NCBI GenBank assembly: GCA_963741945.1
Contig: CAVUKA010000001.1
Coordinates: 320,001 to 384,000, forward strand
Direction: 5' to 3'
Length of the DNA stretch: 64,000 nt
Source: an uncultured Gemmatimonadales bacterium
GTDB lineage: Bacteria; Gemmatimonadota; Gemmatimonadetes; Longimicrobiales; RSA9
The position numbers and the translations under genes are program-made. Within the stretch, counting starts at the first letter, position 1; every line of letters starts with the position of its first letter. The notes under the pieces are model-generated. The model was given only the letters and a program-made list of their open reading frames with translations, made no database searches and was not told the DNA's origin. Below, piece by piece: positions 23,220 through 32,458 of the stretch.

Positions 23220-23680
23220 CACGCGCTTTCGGCCTCCCTCAGCGCCCGGAAGAACTCCTCTTCGTTGCTCGCCGCCGCGAGGCTCTCGCGCAGCTGTGGC
23301 TGGCGGACCAGGCGCGAGATGCGGCTGAGCGCCTTGATGTGGGGCCCGGCCTCGACTTCCGGTCCCACGAGCAGGAACACGAGCCGGACGGGCTCGCCAT
23401 CCAGCGCATCGAACGGGACCGGCTCCTTCGTCACGCCCGCGGCCAGCGACAGGGCGTGACAGGCGCCGGAGCGGCCGTGGGGAATGGCAATGCCGTTCCC
23501 GATGCCCGTGGAGAGCACCGCCTCGCGCTCGCGCACGACGCGCAGGACTTCCGGCCCATTTCCCACGCACTGGTCCTGCACGAGCAGGTCCACGAGCTCG
23601 GAAAGGAGCGCGTCCTTTGTCCTGGCCTCGAGCGGCACCTTCACGCGTGCCGACGTCAGCAGATCAGTAAGACGGACCAC
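23219..23680 (-). CDS. PTS sugar transporter IIA (PtsN-like)
   Basis: REAVLSTGIGNGIAIPH, FDALDGEPV; start approximate. Confidence 0.9.
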   Translation of the reverse strand: MVRLTDLLTSARVKVPLEARTKDALLSELVDLLVQDQCVGNGPEVLRVVREREAVLSTGIGNGIAIPHGRSGACHALSLAAGVTKEPVPFDALDGEPVRLVFLLVGPEVEAGPHIKALSRISRLVRQPQLRESLAAASNEEEFFRALREAESA

Positions 23681-23737
23681 CGCTTGCACCCAAGGGCTAC
23701 AACGGACCGATGAATCCGCGTAAGTTAACCGGCGCCC

Positions 23738-24838
23738 ATGACTGCGACAACCGAACGTCCCGACCTGAGCGGGCTGGTCCCCGACCATGCCCTCGCCGCG
23801 CTCCAGGCGCACTTCGAGCGCCGGGGGGTGCGCCCGTACCGCGTGCGCCAGACTCTCTCGTGGCTGTACGACAAGGTGGCCCTCTCCTTCGACGAGATGA
23901 CGGAGCTGCCCACCGCCGAGCGCGCCGCGCTGGCCGACGCCTTCGAGCTCACGGCCCCGGAGCTGGCGCGAGCCCAGGTGTCGCGCGATCACACGACCAA
24001 ACACCTGTGGCGCCTGGGGGACGGCGAGCTGGTGGAGAGCGTGCTGATCCCTGCTCCGGACCGCCTCACCCTCTGCCTCTCCAGCCAGGCCGGGTGCGCC
24101 ATGGCATGCACGTTCTGCGCGACCGGCTGGTCCGGGTACCGGCGGAACCTGACCACCGGCGAGATCGTGGCGCAGTACCGCGGCGCCCGGCGCTGGGCGG
24201 CGGACAACGGCTACGGCGCCATCACCAACATCGTCTTCATGGGAATGGGCGAGCCGCTCATGAACGCCGATGCGGTGCTGGACGCGCTGACGCTCCTGAA
24301 CCAGGGCTACGACGTGGGCGCGCGCCGGATCACCGTATCCACCGTGGGGATCGTCCCGGGGATCGATGCCCTGGCGGCGAGGCCGGAGCAGTTCAAGCTG
24401 GCCGTGAGCCTGCACGCCCCCACCCACGAGCTGCGGAAGAAGCTCGTTCCCGTGGAGAAGAAGTACCCGATCCCCGAGCTGCTGGAGGCGCTCCGCCGCT
24501 TCGAGACCGCCGGCGGACGGCGGATCACGTTCGAGTACGTCATGATCGATGGCATCAACGACGACCCGGAGCTCGCCGACCCGCTGGCGTCCATCGCCCG
24601 GGAGTTCCACGCCCACGTGAACCTCATCCCGTTCAACGCCGTGCCCGGCACCGGCTGGAGCGCTTCACCGGAGGGGCGGCTGCGCGCGTTTGCCGATCGT
24701 CTCGAAGCCCGCGGCGCCAACGCCACCGTCCGGGCCTCCCGGGGCCAGGACATTGCCGCCGCCTGCGGCCAGCTCGCGGCCGAGCACGGGCTGACGGCGC
24801 CGAAGCCGTTCGTGGCGCTGACGTCCGGCGCCAGCTGA
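23738..24838 (+). CDS. rlmN: 23S rRNA m2A2503 / tRNA radical SAM methyltransferase RlmN
   Basis: CLSSQAGCAMACTFC, FMGMGEP, SLHA, DIAAACGQL. Confidence 0.95.
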   Translation: MTATTERPDLSGLVPDHALAALQAHFERRGVRPYRVRQTLSWLYDKVALSFDEMTELPTAERAALADAFELTAPELARAQVSRDHTTKHLWRLGDGELVESVLIPAPDRLTLCLSSQAGCAMACTFCATGWSGYRRNLTTGEIVAQYRGARRWAADNGYGAITNIVFMGMGEPLMNADAVLDALTLLNQGYDVGARRITVSTVGIVPGIDALAARPEQFKLAVSLHAPTHELRKKLVPVEKKYPIPELLEALRRFETAGGRRITFEYVMIDGINDDPELADPLASIAREFHAHVNLIPFNAVPGTGWSASPEGRLRAFADRLEARGANATVRASRGQDIAAACGQLAAEHGLTAPKPFVALTSGAS

Positions 24839-24842
24839 AGGT

Positions 24843-25382
24843 TCAGCCGCCGCCGGCACCACCGCGCTGCCCGCCCGCCGCCTCCGTTTCGGTCAGTACC
24901 ACCTCGGCCAGCAGCCACGCGCCGTCCTGGCGGACGAAGGCGTGGCGGTAGCGAACGGGGATGTCGAACCCGTTGCCGTGCCACTCCCCGATGTAGGCGG
25001 TGCGGCCCGTGGCAATGGCGCTGTCACCCCGAACTGTGACCTGGCGCTCCTCCAGCACGAGTGGCCTCAGCGTTCGGTCGGGCAGGGCCACCGAAGCCAC
25101 GTACTGCGCCCGCGTCTCGGGTTCCGGGGAATCGGCGGCCCGCAGGACGAAGTCGGGCGCGAGGAGCACGGCCACGCCGGCGCTGTCCCGGGCGACGAGG
25201 GCCGCCAGCCAGCGCTCCTCGACCGCGCGGACCGCGGCTTCCACGCCCGACGCGGCGGCGGCGTCACCGCCGGAGTCTGCGCCCGGACCTGCGTCGCGGC
25301 AGCCGGGGACCGCCAGCAGCCAGGTCAGCGCGACCACGGCGGCCAGTGCCGTGGAGCCCGATACCGCCGACCCGCGCGTCAC
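24843..25382 (-). CDS. NTF2-like (DUF4440) probable lipoprotein
   Basis: Lipobox-like VPGC, LLAPDF, V.GD.A, W.L C-terminus. Confidence 0.65.
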   Translation of the reverse strand: MTRGSAVSGSTALAAVVALTWLLAVPGCRDAGPGADSGGDAAAASGVEAAVRAVEERWLAALVARDSAGVAVLLAPDFVLRAADSPEPETRAQYVASVALPDRTLRPLVLEERQVTVRGDSAIATGRTAYIGEWHGNGFDIPVRYRHAFVRQDGAWLLAEVVLTETEAAGGQRGGAGGG

Positions 25383-25693
25383 GGCGCGTACCCCTCCACC
25401 AGCAGCATGCGCGTCGACGCGCTCGCCTGCCGGAGCGCTTTCGCCGGGGCGTAGTCCCCCGACTCCCACCACTCCCTCGCCCGTGCCACACTCGGGAACT
25501 CAAGCACGACGAAGCGGTGCGTCGGCCACTCCCCCTCCAGCACCTCCGTCCGCCCCCCGCGCACGATGTAGCGGCCGCCGAACGCTTCCACCGACGCTTG
25601 CGCCATGGCCTTGTAGCGCTCGTAGCTGTCGGCGTCCTTCACCTCGATGTCCACCAGGACGTAGCCCGGCCCTGCACTGGTCTGTTCGCTCAT
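25379..25693 (-). CDS. DUF1330 protein
   Basis: FGGRYIVRGG, LEG.W, VVLEFPS, W.S..Y. Confidence 0.88.
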   Translation of the reverse strand: MSEQTSAGPGYVLVDIEVKDADSYERYKAMAQASVEAFGGRYIVRGGRTEVLEGEWPTHRFVVLEFPSVARAREWWESGDYAPAKALRQASASTRMLLVEGYAP

Positions 25694-25776
25694 GGCGCGA
25701 AGGTAGCGCGGCGCGAGGGAGGCGGCTACGGGAATGGCCGGCCGGGGCGCCCGGGGTCGCCCGCAGGGCGTCAGGA

Positions 25777-26151
25777 CTACTCCGCCGGATACACTTTCAC
25801 GGTGTCGAACCGCCGCAGCACCACTTCGCCCGCGGGCGCGCCCCGGCGCTTGCTCACGTCGGCCACGCGGCAGACGTGGACGGCCACCTTGCCGCGGGCG
25901 TTTCTCGCCTTGGAATGCCACGCGGCCAGGGCGGCCGCGCGCTCCACCACGTCCTTCGGCACATCGCCGGTCCTCCCGTCCATGGCGCGCACGAGGACGT
26001 GGCTGCCCGCATGACCGCCCGCGTGCAGCCACAGGTCGGTGGGCCGCCCCTCCCGCAGCGTGAGGCGGTCGTTGTCCCGGGCCGCCCTGCCCACCAGGAT
26101 CTCGAACTCCCCGGTGTCGCCCGCGGGGTACGTGCGCCAGCCTGCCGCCAT
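25777..26151 (-). CDS. Stand-alone NFACT RNA-binding domain protein (DUF814)
   Basis: ILVGR.ARDND.LT, DLWLHA...GSHV, AA.LAAWHSKAR. Confidence 0.85.
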   Translation of the reverse strand: MAAGWRTYPAGDTGEFEILVGRAARDNDRLTLREGRPTDLWLHAGGHAGSHVLVRAMDGRTGDVPKDVVERAAALAAWHSKARNARGKVAVHVCRVADVSKRRGAPAGEVVLRRFDTVKVYPAE

Positions 26152-26180
26152 GTGGTTTCGGCTCCCGGTGCGCTTCCCTG

Positions 26181-26642
26181 TCAATCCGGGAGCGACGAAT
26201 AGTCGCGGTGGAACGTGTGCACGAAGCAGTCCGCGCAGTCCTCGCCCAGCACCAGGAGGTCGTCGGTCGGACGCGTGGTGATGCTGGCGAGGTAGAAGGG
26301 CTCGAGGAGCTTCAGGTCGCGCACCGCGAACACCGGCTCGTCCGTATGCAGCACGTCGCCGTTCTCCCCGTGGGTGATGTGGAAGCGGGTGCGCTTCACG
26401 AGCGTGCGGTCCCCGGACGCGTCGGTCCGGTAGAGGAACAGGTCGCCATCGGCGTCGAGGACGAGCTGCTGCCCGTGTCCTTCGCTTTCGGGCGTGAGGG
26501 TGATGCCGGCAATGCCGCCCGTGGACTCGACCCACAGCCAGCTCCCGAACACCCACTTCGCGGTGTCCGGGGCCACGGGATCCGAGCAGGCCGTGAGAAG
26601 CGCGGCCAGGGCTAGGGCGGGGAGCGTGCGAGCTGCGCGCAT
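26181..26642 (-). CDS. Hypothetical lipoprotein
   Basis: LLTAC lipobox, W.WVESTGGIAG, C.DC; start may be 26672. Confidence 0.65.
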   Translation of the reverse strand: MRAARTLPALALAALLTACSDPVAPDTAKWVFGSWLWVESTGGIAGITLTPESEGHGQQLVLDADGDLFLYRTDASGDRTLVKRTRFHITHGENGDVLHTDEPVFAVRDLKLLEPFYLASITTRPTDDLLVLGEDCADCFVHTFHRDYSSLPD

Positions 26643-26679
26643 GATCCAGGTCCTGCGTCGAGCCCCGTTCATGGCAGCC

Positions 26680-27012
26680 TCACTTCCCCTCGCCGATCTC
26701 CAGCAGCTCCACGGGCGCGCCGTTCTCCAGGATGAACGCCACGCGGATCCCGGGAGACGGCGAGTTCGGCTGGATGATCACGTTCTTCCCCTCCAGCGCG
26801 GCGTCCAGGTCCTCGACCTGGAAGGCGACGTGAGGCACCGTCCGCACCAGGGCCGGGAGCGTGCATTCCGGGCCGAAGCGCATCCACTCCACGCCGTACG
26901 CGCTGGTCTCGTAGCCGGAGACGTAGAGGTCGAAGCCCGGCACCTCGCGCTCGCCGGCGCGCCGCTCGGTGGTGGGGATGCCGATGTGGTGGTAGCGGAG
27001 CTCCGGCTTCAC
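26680..27012 (-). CDS. VOC/glyoxalase-like small protein
   Basis: YHHIGIPT, PHVAFQVEDL, VAFI..GAPVEL. Confidence 0.8.
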   Translation of the reverse strand: MKPELRYHHIGIPTTERRAGEREVPGFDLYVSGYETSAYGVEWMRFGPECTLPALVRTVPHVAFQVEDLDAALEGKNVIIQPNSPSPGIRVAFILENGAPVELLEIGEGK

Positions 27013-27273
27013 TGCGTGCCTCCCGTGCTGTCGTGACCCGAGCCGAGGGCGGCGCAGCCGGCGAGCACGGACGGGAGCAGCGTCGCGAGAGGACTGCGCA
27101 TGATTCCTTCCCTCCAGCTCTGCGTGACCGGAAGCGCGGTGGGGCCGAAGACCAAGATGCACACCGCCGGAGCCGCAGGTCCAGGGTCGCGCGGCGCGCG
27201 GTCGAGCGGCCCGCCCCGGCCGTCGGCCCTTGCGAGCCCGCCGCCCCGCTCCCATCCTCCCGGTCCAGACGTT

Positions 27274-27322
27274 GGCGAAGGGGTTCGCCCGGATCGCGGC
27301 CGCGTGCCGCTGATGACTCCTC
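27274..27322 (+). ncRNA. Fluoride (crcB) riboswitch aptamer
   Basis: GGCGAAGGGGTTCGCC...GCTGATGACTCCT resembles the consensus GGCGATGG.GTTCGCC...GCTGATGAC.CCT and lies directly upstream of fluC. Confidence 0.85.
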
Positions 27323-27357
27323 CCACCGGCACAGGCGCCGGGCGGGGGGCTTTTTTT
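27318..27357 (+). terminator. Intrinsic terminator forming the riboswitch expression platform
   Basis: GC-rich hairpin (..CCCACCGGC..GCCGGGCGGGGG) followed by T7, overlapping the 3' end of the aptamer. Confidence 0.75.
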
Positions 27358-27366
27358 GGAGGCTGG

Positions 27367-27750
27367 ATGACGCTGCTCTTCATCGCGCTCGGCGGCGCCG
27401 CCGGAGCGCTGGCACGATACGGCCTGGCCGGCTGGGTGCAGGACCGGGCCGGCTTCGGGTTCCCCGCGGGCACCATGGTCGTGAACGTGCTCGGCTGCCT
27501 GCTCATCGGCTTCGCCATGCGCTACCTCGAAGCCGTGCGCCTTGCGCCCGACGTACGCGCGCTCGTAACCGTAGGAATGCTGGGCGCGTTCACCACGTTC
27601 AGCACGTTCAGCTACGAGACGGTGGCCCTCCTGGAGGACGGCGCGTGGACCCGCGCCGCGGGGTACGCGGCGGGGAGCGTCGTGCTCGGACTGGCCGCCG
27701 TGTACGCGGGCGTCTTCCTTTCCGCGTACGTCCTCCAGGCCAGGGGTTGA
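27367..27750 (+). CDS. crcB: Fluoride efflux channel FluC/CrcB
   Basis: GGAAGALARY, FP.GT..VN..GC..IG, G.LGAFTTFSTF. Confidence 0.95.
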   Translation: MTLLFIALGGAAGALARYGLAGWVQDRAGFGFPAGTMVVNVLGCLLIGFAMRYLEAVRLAPDVRALVTVGMLGAFTTFSTFSYETVALLEDGAWTRAAGYAAGSVVLGLAAVYAGVFLSAYVLQARG

Positions 27751-28115
27751 TGATGACGGAGCGATTCGAAGGCGAGCGCACGCTCATGCGCATCTTCATC
27801 GGCGAGAGCGACCGCTGCGCCGAGGGGCCCCACAAGGGGCGGCCGCTCTACGAGGCGCTGGTCTCCATGTTCCGCGAGCGTGGCTTCGCCGGCTGCACCG
27901 TGCTGCGCGGCATCACCGGCTTCGGCGCCAGCGCCAAGGTCCACACCGACCGCATCCTGCGCCTGTCCATGGACCTCCCCATCGTCGTGGAGGTGGTGGA
28001 CACCGAGGCGAAGATCGAGGAGGTGCGCCCCGAGCTGGCGCGCATGATTGGCGGCGGACTGGTCACCCTCGAGCGGGCGCACGTCATCCTGTACCGGCCG
28101 GCGGAGAAGGGCTAG
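27750..28115 (+). CDS. DUF190 PII-like protein (commonly follows crcB)
   Basis: MRIFIGESD, GCTVLRGITGFG, LSMDLPIVVEVVD, GLVTLE. Confidence 0.9.
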   Translation: MMTERFEGERTLMRIFIGESDRCAEGPHKGRPLYEALVSMFRERGFAGCTVLRGITGFGASAKVHTDRILRLSMDLPIVVEVVDTEAKIEEVRPELARMIGGGLVTLERAHVILYRPAEKG

Positions 28116-28164
28116 CGACGGCCCACCGCCCCGGCCAATCGCGCCGGCCCTCGGACGGCGGCGC

Positions 28165-29841
28165 CTACGGCCGCCGCGCGCCCGAGTCGGAGCGATCGCC
28201 CTGTCTCAGCGTCACTTCCTCCGCGCGCCCGCCTCTGACCGTGAACGCCACGCGGATGCTCGGGTTGTACACCACAGTGAACGCGTCCTCGCCCGCGGGA
28301 ACCAGGCGGCTCGGGGTGCCCGCGAATTCGGTCATGAGCCGCCCCGAGGAATCCGCGCCGTAGACCGTCAGCTCGAGGGTCTGCGAACCGACGGGCACGT
28401 CGTAGACCCCCTCGTACCGGCCCACCGCCCCGCCGTCCAGCGGCAGCCCTTCGTTCCCCGCGATCGCTCGCGACGGCGGGCACTCCGCGGACGCCCGCCT
28501 CCCGCGTCTGGCCCTTCCGTTGACGAACATGACGATCTCGGGCGCCTCGCCGGCCGGCTGCCTCGGGAACGCGAAGCTCCACTCCTCCCGCTTCGTGAAG
28601 AACAGCGTGTCCGTGGCGGCGTAGAGCCGCATCCGCACGTCCGTGGTGGGCTGGACCGTGAGAAAGCCATCGTCTTCCATCCGCACGTACCACGGGATGA
28701 AGTCGATGTAGTAGGTGCCCGCGAGGCGGGCGAGGTCCGCGGCCGGCACGTCCTCCTCCTCGATGGCGGACATCGGTGCATGGACGAGCAGGTCCGGGAC
28801 CAGGCTGTTGTCGAACTCTCTCGAGCTGGCGAGAAGGACCATCCCGACGCCACGCTCGGGATCGAACGCCATCCGGGCCGTGAAGCCATCCGTGTCGCCG
28901 CCGTGCTGGACGAGGCGGCGACCGTTGAGCGTGTAGCTCCACCACCCCAGACCCACGCTCCTGTCACCGGCCCCCATCGGACGCAGCGGCCGCTGCGTGT
29001 CGCGCATGGCGCGCCCGAGCTCGGTATCGGCGTCGCCGACGTTCGCGGCCAGGAACCGCAGCAGGTCCTCGACAGTCGAGCGGAGGCCGCCGGCCCCCTC
29101 CAGCGCCTCCGGGGCCTTCATCGGGGGGGCCACTCTTATCCCGTAGTGTCCCTCCACGAGCCGCTCCGCCGGCGTGCCTTCCGACCCGTAGTGGGTGTCG
29201 GCCATCCCCAGCGGGCCGAGAACGCGCTCCTCGATCAGCGATCGGAAGTCCGCCCCGGCCGCCCGGGCCAGCGCGAGGCCGAGGAGGCCCATCCCCACGT
29301 TCGAGTACTCGAACTCCACGCCTGGCTCCCTCTCCAGCCTGTAGTCGGAGAGAAGCGCGTACGCGTCGCCGACGGTCAGGTCGAAAGGGTCGGCCACGCC
29401 CCGTGCCGAGAGCAGCCCGACCATTGTCGCATCCGAAAGGCCGGACGTGTGGGTGGCCAGGTCCTCGAGGGTGATGGCCCGGCCATGGAACGCCCGCGCG
29501 CGGACCCCCGGCGGCAGGTACCTGGAGACCGGGTCGTCCAGCGCCACCTCTCCGCGCTCCACCATCTCCGCCAGGAGCGTGGCCGTGAAGACTTTCGTCA
29601 GCGAGCCGATCTCGAACGACGACCGGCTGTCCAGCGGCGCTCCTCCGTCCGCGACGCTCCCGTAGCTGACCACTCGCGTCGAGCCGTCCGCCTCGAGAAC
29701 GCCCAGAACGATGCCCGGCGCCTCGCCGTCTTCGACGAGGTAGCGGAGCATCAGCGCCAGGTCCGCGTCGCCGGGAAACGCCCGCGTCGGGCCGGCCGGC
29801 GCGCAGGACAGCGCCAGAAGACACGTCGCCGCGGCGATCAT
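28165..29841 (-). CDS. Serine hydrolase (class C beta-lactamase / AmpC-like family)
   Basis: SLTK (SxxK), YSN, HGG, LATHTSGL; signal peptide; start approximate. Confidence 0.88.
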   Translation of the reverse strand: MIAAATCLLALSCAPAGPTRAFPGDADLALMLRYLVEDGEAPGIVLGVLEADGSTRVVSYGSVADGGAPLDSRSSFEIGSLTKVFTATLLAEMVERGEVALDDPVSRYLPPGVRARAFHGRAITLEDLATHTSGLSDATMVGLLSARGVADPFDLTVGDAYALLSDYRLEREPGVEFEYSNVGMGLLGLALARAAGADFRSLIEERVLGPLGMADTHYGSEGTPAERLVEGHYGIRVAPPMKAPEALEGAGGLRSTVEDLLRFLAANVGDADTELGRAMRDTQRPLRPMGAGDRSVGLGWWSYTLNGRRLVQHGGDTDGFTARMAFDPERGVGMVLLASSREFDNSLVPDLLVHAPMSAIEEEDVPAADLARLAGTYYIDFIPWYVRMEDDGFLTVQPTTDVRMRLYAATDTLFFTKREEWSFAFPRQPAGEAPEIVMFVNGRARRGRRASAECPPSRAIAGNEGLPLDGGAVGRYEGVYDVPVGSQTLELTVYGADSSGRLMTEFAGTPSRLVPAGEDAFTVVYNPSIRVAFTVRGGRAEEVTLRQGDRSDSGARRP

Positions 29842-29980
29842 CAGGCGACGACGACGCGGGCGGCGAACCCGCTCGCCCGTCTCCACCGTCACGAGCCGGC
29901 CTCGCCCGCCACGATGCGCGACGGCCGTGGACGCCAGCACCGACGGCACCGGATGAGCCGCAGCGATTTCAACCGGCGAG

Positions 29981-30520
29981 TCACGAGAGCCGGGCCGGAA
30001 CGTAGGTCAACCGGATCACGTCCTCGCCGATCCGATCACTGGTCATGAGGCGCAGCCGCGGCCGCGGTCCCGCGAAATACGGAGTGCCGTGCCCGAGGAC
30101 GACCGGGTGCAGGTAGATTCGATACTCGTCGATCAGCCCGAGCTCGGTGAGGCTCTGCGCCAACGCCGGGCCGGCAACTTCGATCTCCCCGTCGCGCTCG
30201 GCCTTGAGGTCGCGGATCGCCGCCTCGAGATCATCACCGAGGAGCCTGGCGTTCGGGCCGACCGACTTCAACGAGCGCGATACCACCCATTTCGGCTGGC
30301 GCCGCCACGCCGCGGCGAAGGCGTGTTCGTCTGCATCCCATTCGGGATGATCGTCGTCCCAGTAACGCATGATCTCGTACATCGTCCGACCGTACACACT
30401 GCCCGCCTGCCCCTGAGCCTCCTCGATGAAGTGGCGGAAGAGCGTCGGGCCGGGCGCAAAGGCCGCATGGTCGACGTAGCCGTCCAGGGACTGGTTCATT
30501 CCGAACACGAGCCTGACCAT
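29981..30520 (-). CDS. Dihydrofolate reductase / RibD-C family protein; possibly an eroded terminal cassette
   Basis: SLDGYV, GRTMYE, PKWVVSRSL, GLIDEY, PVVLG.G. Confidence 0.88.
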   Translation of the reverse strand: MVRLVFGMNQSLDGYVDHAAFAPGPTLFRHFIEEAQGQAGSVYGRTMYEIMRYWDDDHPEWDADEHAFAAAWRRQPKWVVSRSLKSVGPNARLLGDDLEAAIRDLKAERDGEIEVAGPALAQSLTELGLIDEYRIYLHPVVLGHGTPYFAGPRPRLRLMTSDRIGEDVIRLTYVPARLS

Positions 30521-30602
30521 GCTACCTGCCCTCCTTGCGCGCAATGAATGGTAGGGCTTCATCACTGACGCGTGCGCCTGGCAATTCCGACACAAGCGCC
30601 TG

Positions 30603-30732
30603 AACCAACGTGCACTTCCCTACAGCATGAGCGCCGCAGACTGCGTCGAAACTGCGATCACCTCACCAGCTTCAACACGGCCGCGGCGGGTTCTCCGAAG
30701 CGACCGAAGGCCGCGAAGGCGCTCACCGTTTG
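30603..30732 (-). repeat. attC-like site 1 (left arm degenerate; core split by IS110, remainder at 31679-31685)
   Basis: CCTCACCAGCTTCAACACGG.CGCGGCGGGTTCTCCG..GC..CCG.AGGCCGCG.AGGCGC..ACCGTTTG is near-identical to site 3. Confidence 0.75.
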
Positions 30733-31678
30733 ATCTTACCAACAAGTCCCCTGGGTTCAGATAATGTCCTCAACTGTCAACCTGGAGGCGCACCATGCTG
30801 CACACGGGGATCGATCTGCATAAGCGCACCTGCGTCCTGGCTACCGTGGACGCGGACGGCGAGGTCGTAGCCGAAGCGGAGCTCCGCACCCGTCGGCCGG
30901 CCATCGCCCGCTACTTTGCACAGCTCCCGGGACCCCACCGGGCCACCGTAGAAGCCACCAGCGGCTGGTACTGGATCCGGGACCTGCTGGTCGCGGAAGG
31001 CGTGACGCTGACCCTCGCGCACGCCAAATTCCTGAAGGCCATCGCCTACGCGAAGGTGAAGACGGATGCCGTCGATGCCCTCACGCTGGCCCAGCTTCTC
31101 CGCGTCGGCATGATCCCGGAGGCGCACATGATCTCCGCTGAATTCCGACCGCTCCGCGACGTGATGCGGACCCGGCTCCGCCTGATCCAGAAAGAGGTCG
31201 GGACCCGCAACAGCATTCACCGGCTCCTTGAGAAGTACAACGTTCGGGGCGTCGCGGACCTGCCGCCCATGGCCCAGCTCCAGGCCGCCTGTCACCGGGA
31301 GCGGAGGGAGCTTCTCCGGGAGCACGTCCGCCGACTCGAGAAGAGCCTCCACCCGCACCTGGTGCCTGACCCCGACGTCCAGCGCCTGCTCGCGATCCCC
31401 GGGATCGGCAAGGTCGGGGCGTTCACGATTCTCCTGGAAGTGGACGGGATCGAGCGGTTCCCGAGCGAGCGACACTTCTTCTCCTACTGCCGCTTGGTAC
31501 CGGGGGCCGCGAACTCCGGTGGCAGGGACCGCCACGTCCGATTCGATACCCACTCCGGCCCGGCCAGACCTGCCGTCGCTCGCGGACTCGAGAAGCGTCG
31601 CACGATCGAAAAGCGAATCAGAATCTCTGATTCCGCACAGGATCATCGTGCTCCTTGACGAAGGACTTGTTAATGGTG
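30733..31678 (+). mobile_element. IS110-family element (IS1111-like sub-terminal IRs), internally deleted, inserted in attC-like site 1
   Basis: Sub-terminal IR AACAAGTCC / GGACTTGTT; TG at both junctions; removing it restores CCGTTTG|TTAAGTG. Confidence 0.8.
30795..31658 (+). pseudogene. IS110 transposase, C-terminally truncated
   Basis: GIDLHK, VEAT, KTDAVDA, IPGIG, SYCRLVP..NSGG; then family-like sequence is lost. Confidence 0.85.
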
Positions 31679-31739
31679 TTAAGTGACGTGGCGCCCAGCC
31701 AGCTCCATGGCGCTGACCGAACGGGCGGTTCTGCTGTTC

Positions 31740-31964
31740 CTATAGCAACGCCACGAACTCGTCCACCGACAGTCCAGCCTGTCGGATCAACGCGCGCAAC
31801 GTTCCCTTCCGCAGCTCTTTGTGGTCCGGAATCGTCAGGCGGCGATGAGGGGGTTCCGCCTGTCTCAGTATGATGTGACTTCCTCGCTGGCGATCGACAA
31901 CGTATCCGATCCTGCCGAACGCCTTGACCGCCTCGCGTCCGGAGACGACTGGCAGTTCGGCCAC
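31740..31964 (-). CDS. hicA: HicA-family toxin (cassette)
   Basis: RQRGSHIIL, TIPDHKEL.KGTL. Confidence 0.92.
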   Translation of the reverse strand: MAELPVVSGREAVKAFGRIGYVVDRQRGSHIILRQAEPPHRRLTIPDHKELRKGTLRALIRQAGLSVDEFVALL

Positions 31965-32171
31965 CTAGACCTCCACGATCTCCTCGTGAATGGAGGGAGG
32001 CACCGGTTCCTGGTGATCTTCGAGGCTCTCCAGATACCCTGCGATCGCCTCTCGGATGTTCTCGAGCGCCTCCTGCCGAGTCTCACCCTGGCTCACACAC
32101 CCGGGGAGCGCCGGCACCTCCGCCACGAAGAACCCGTCCTCGTCCTCCTCGATTAGCACCCGATACTTCAT
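31965..32171 (-). CDS. hicB: HicB-family antitoxin (cassette)
   Basis: VPALPGCVSQGETR.EALENIREAI. Confidence 0.92.
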   Translation of the reverse strand: MKYRVLIEEDEDGFFVAEVPALPGCVSQGETRQEALENIREAIAGYLESLEDHQEPVPPSIHEEIVEV

Positions 32172-32231
32172 CGAAGTCCTCCCGTTGGCAGCCGCCCCAA
32201 TCTAATGCATGAGGCGAACCCACGTGATGGC

Positions 32232-32388
32232 ACTTAACGTTCAAGAGCTGCGACGCCGGCGCGTCCTCACGGGCCTGCGCGGCTAATCTCTTCGATCCTT
32301 CCGGTACCGCTCCCAAGGGCCACACGCTTGCGCCGGTGTTCCCCGGAGCCGCGCGCAGCGCGGCGTAGGCGCAACTTGTTTGTTAACT
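32232..32388 (-). repeat. attC-like site 2 (divergent subtype)
   Basis: ACTTAAC...GCCGGCGC / GCGCCGGTG...CCGGAGCCGCGCGCAGCGCGGCGTAGG...GTTTGTTAACT. Confidence 0.75.
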
Positions 32389-32458
32389 GAAGTGCCGTGC
32401 ACCGATGGTTGATCCATCCATCCTCTCCCAGGCGGGTCAGCAGCTGCGAGGGGATGTC

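Noticed and set aside
28165-30520. Antibiotic resistance genes (beta-lactamase, dfr)
   Set aside because: Only generic serine-hydrolase and RibD-C/DHFR-like motifs are present; nothing supports a resistance function.
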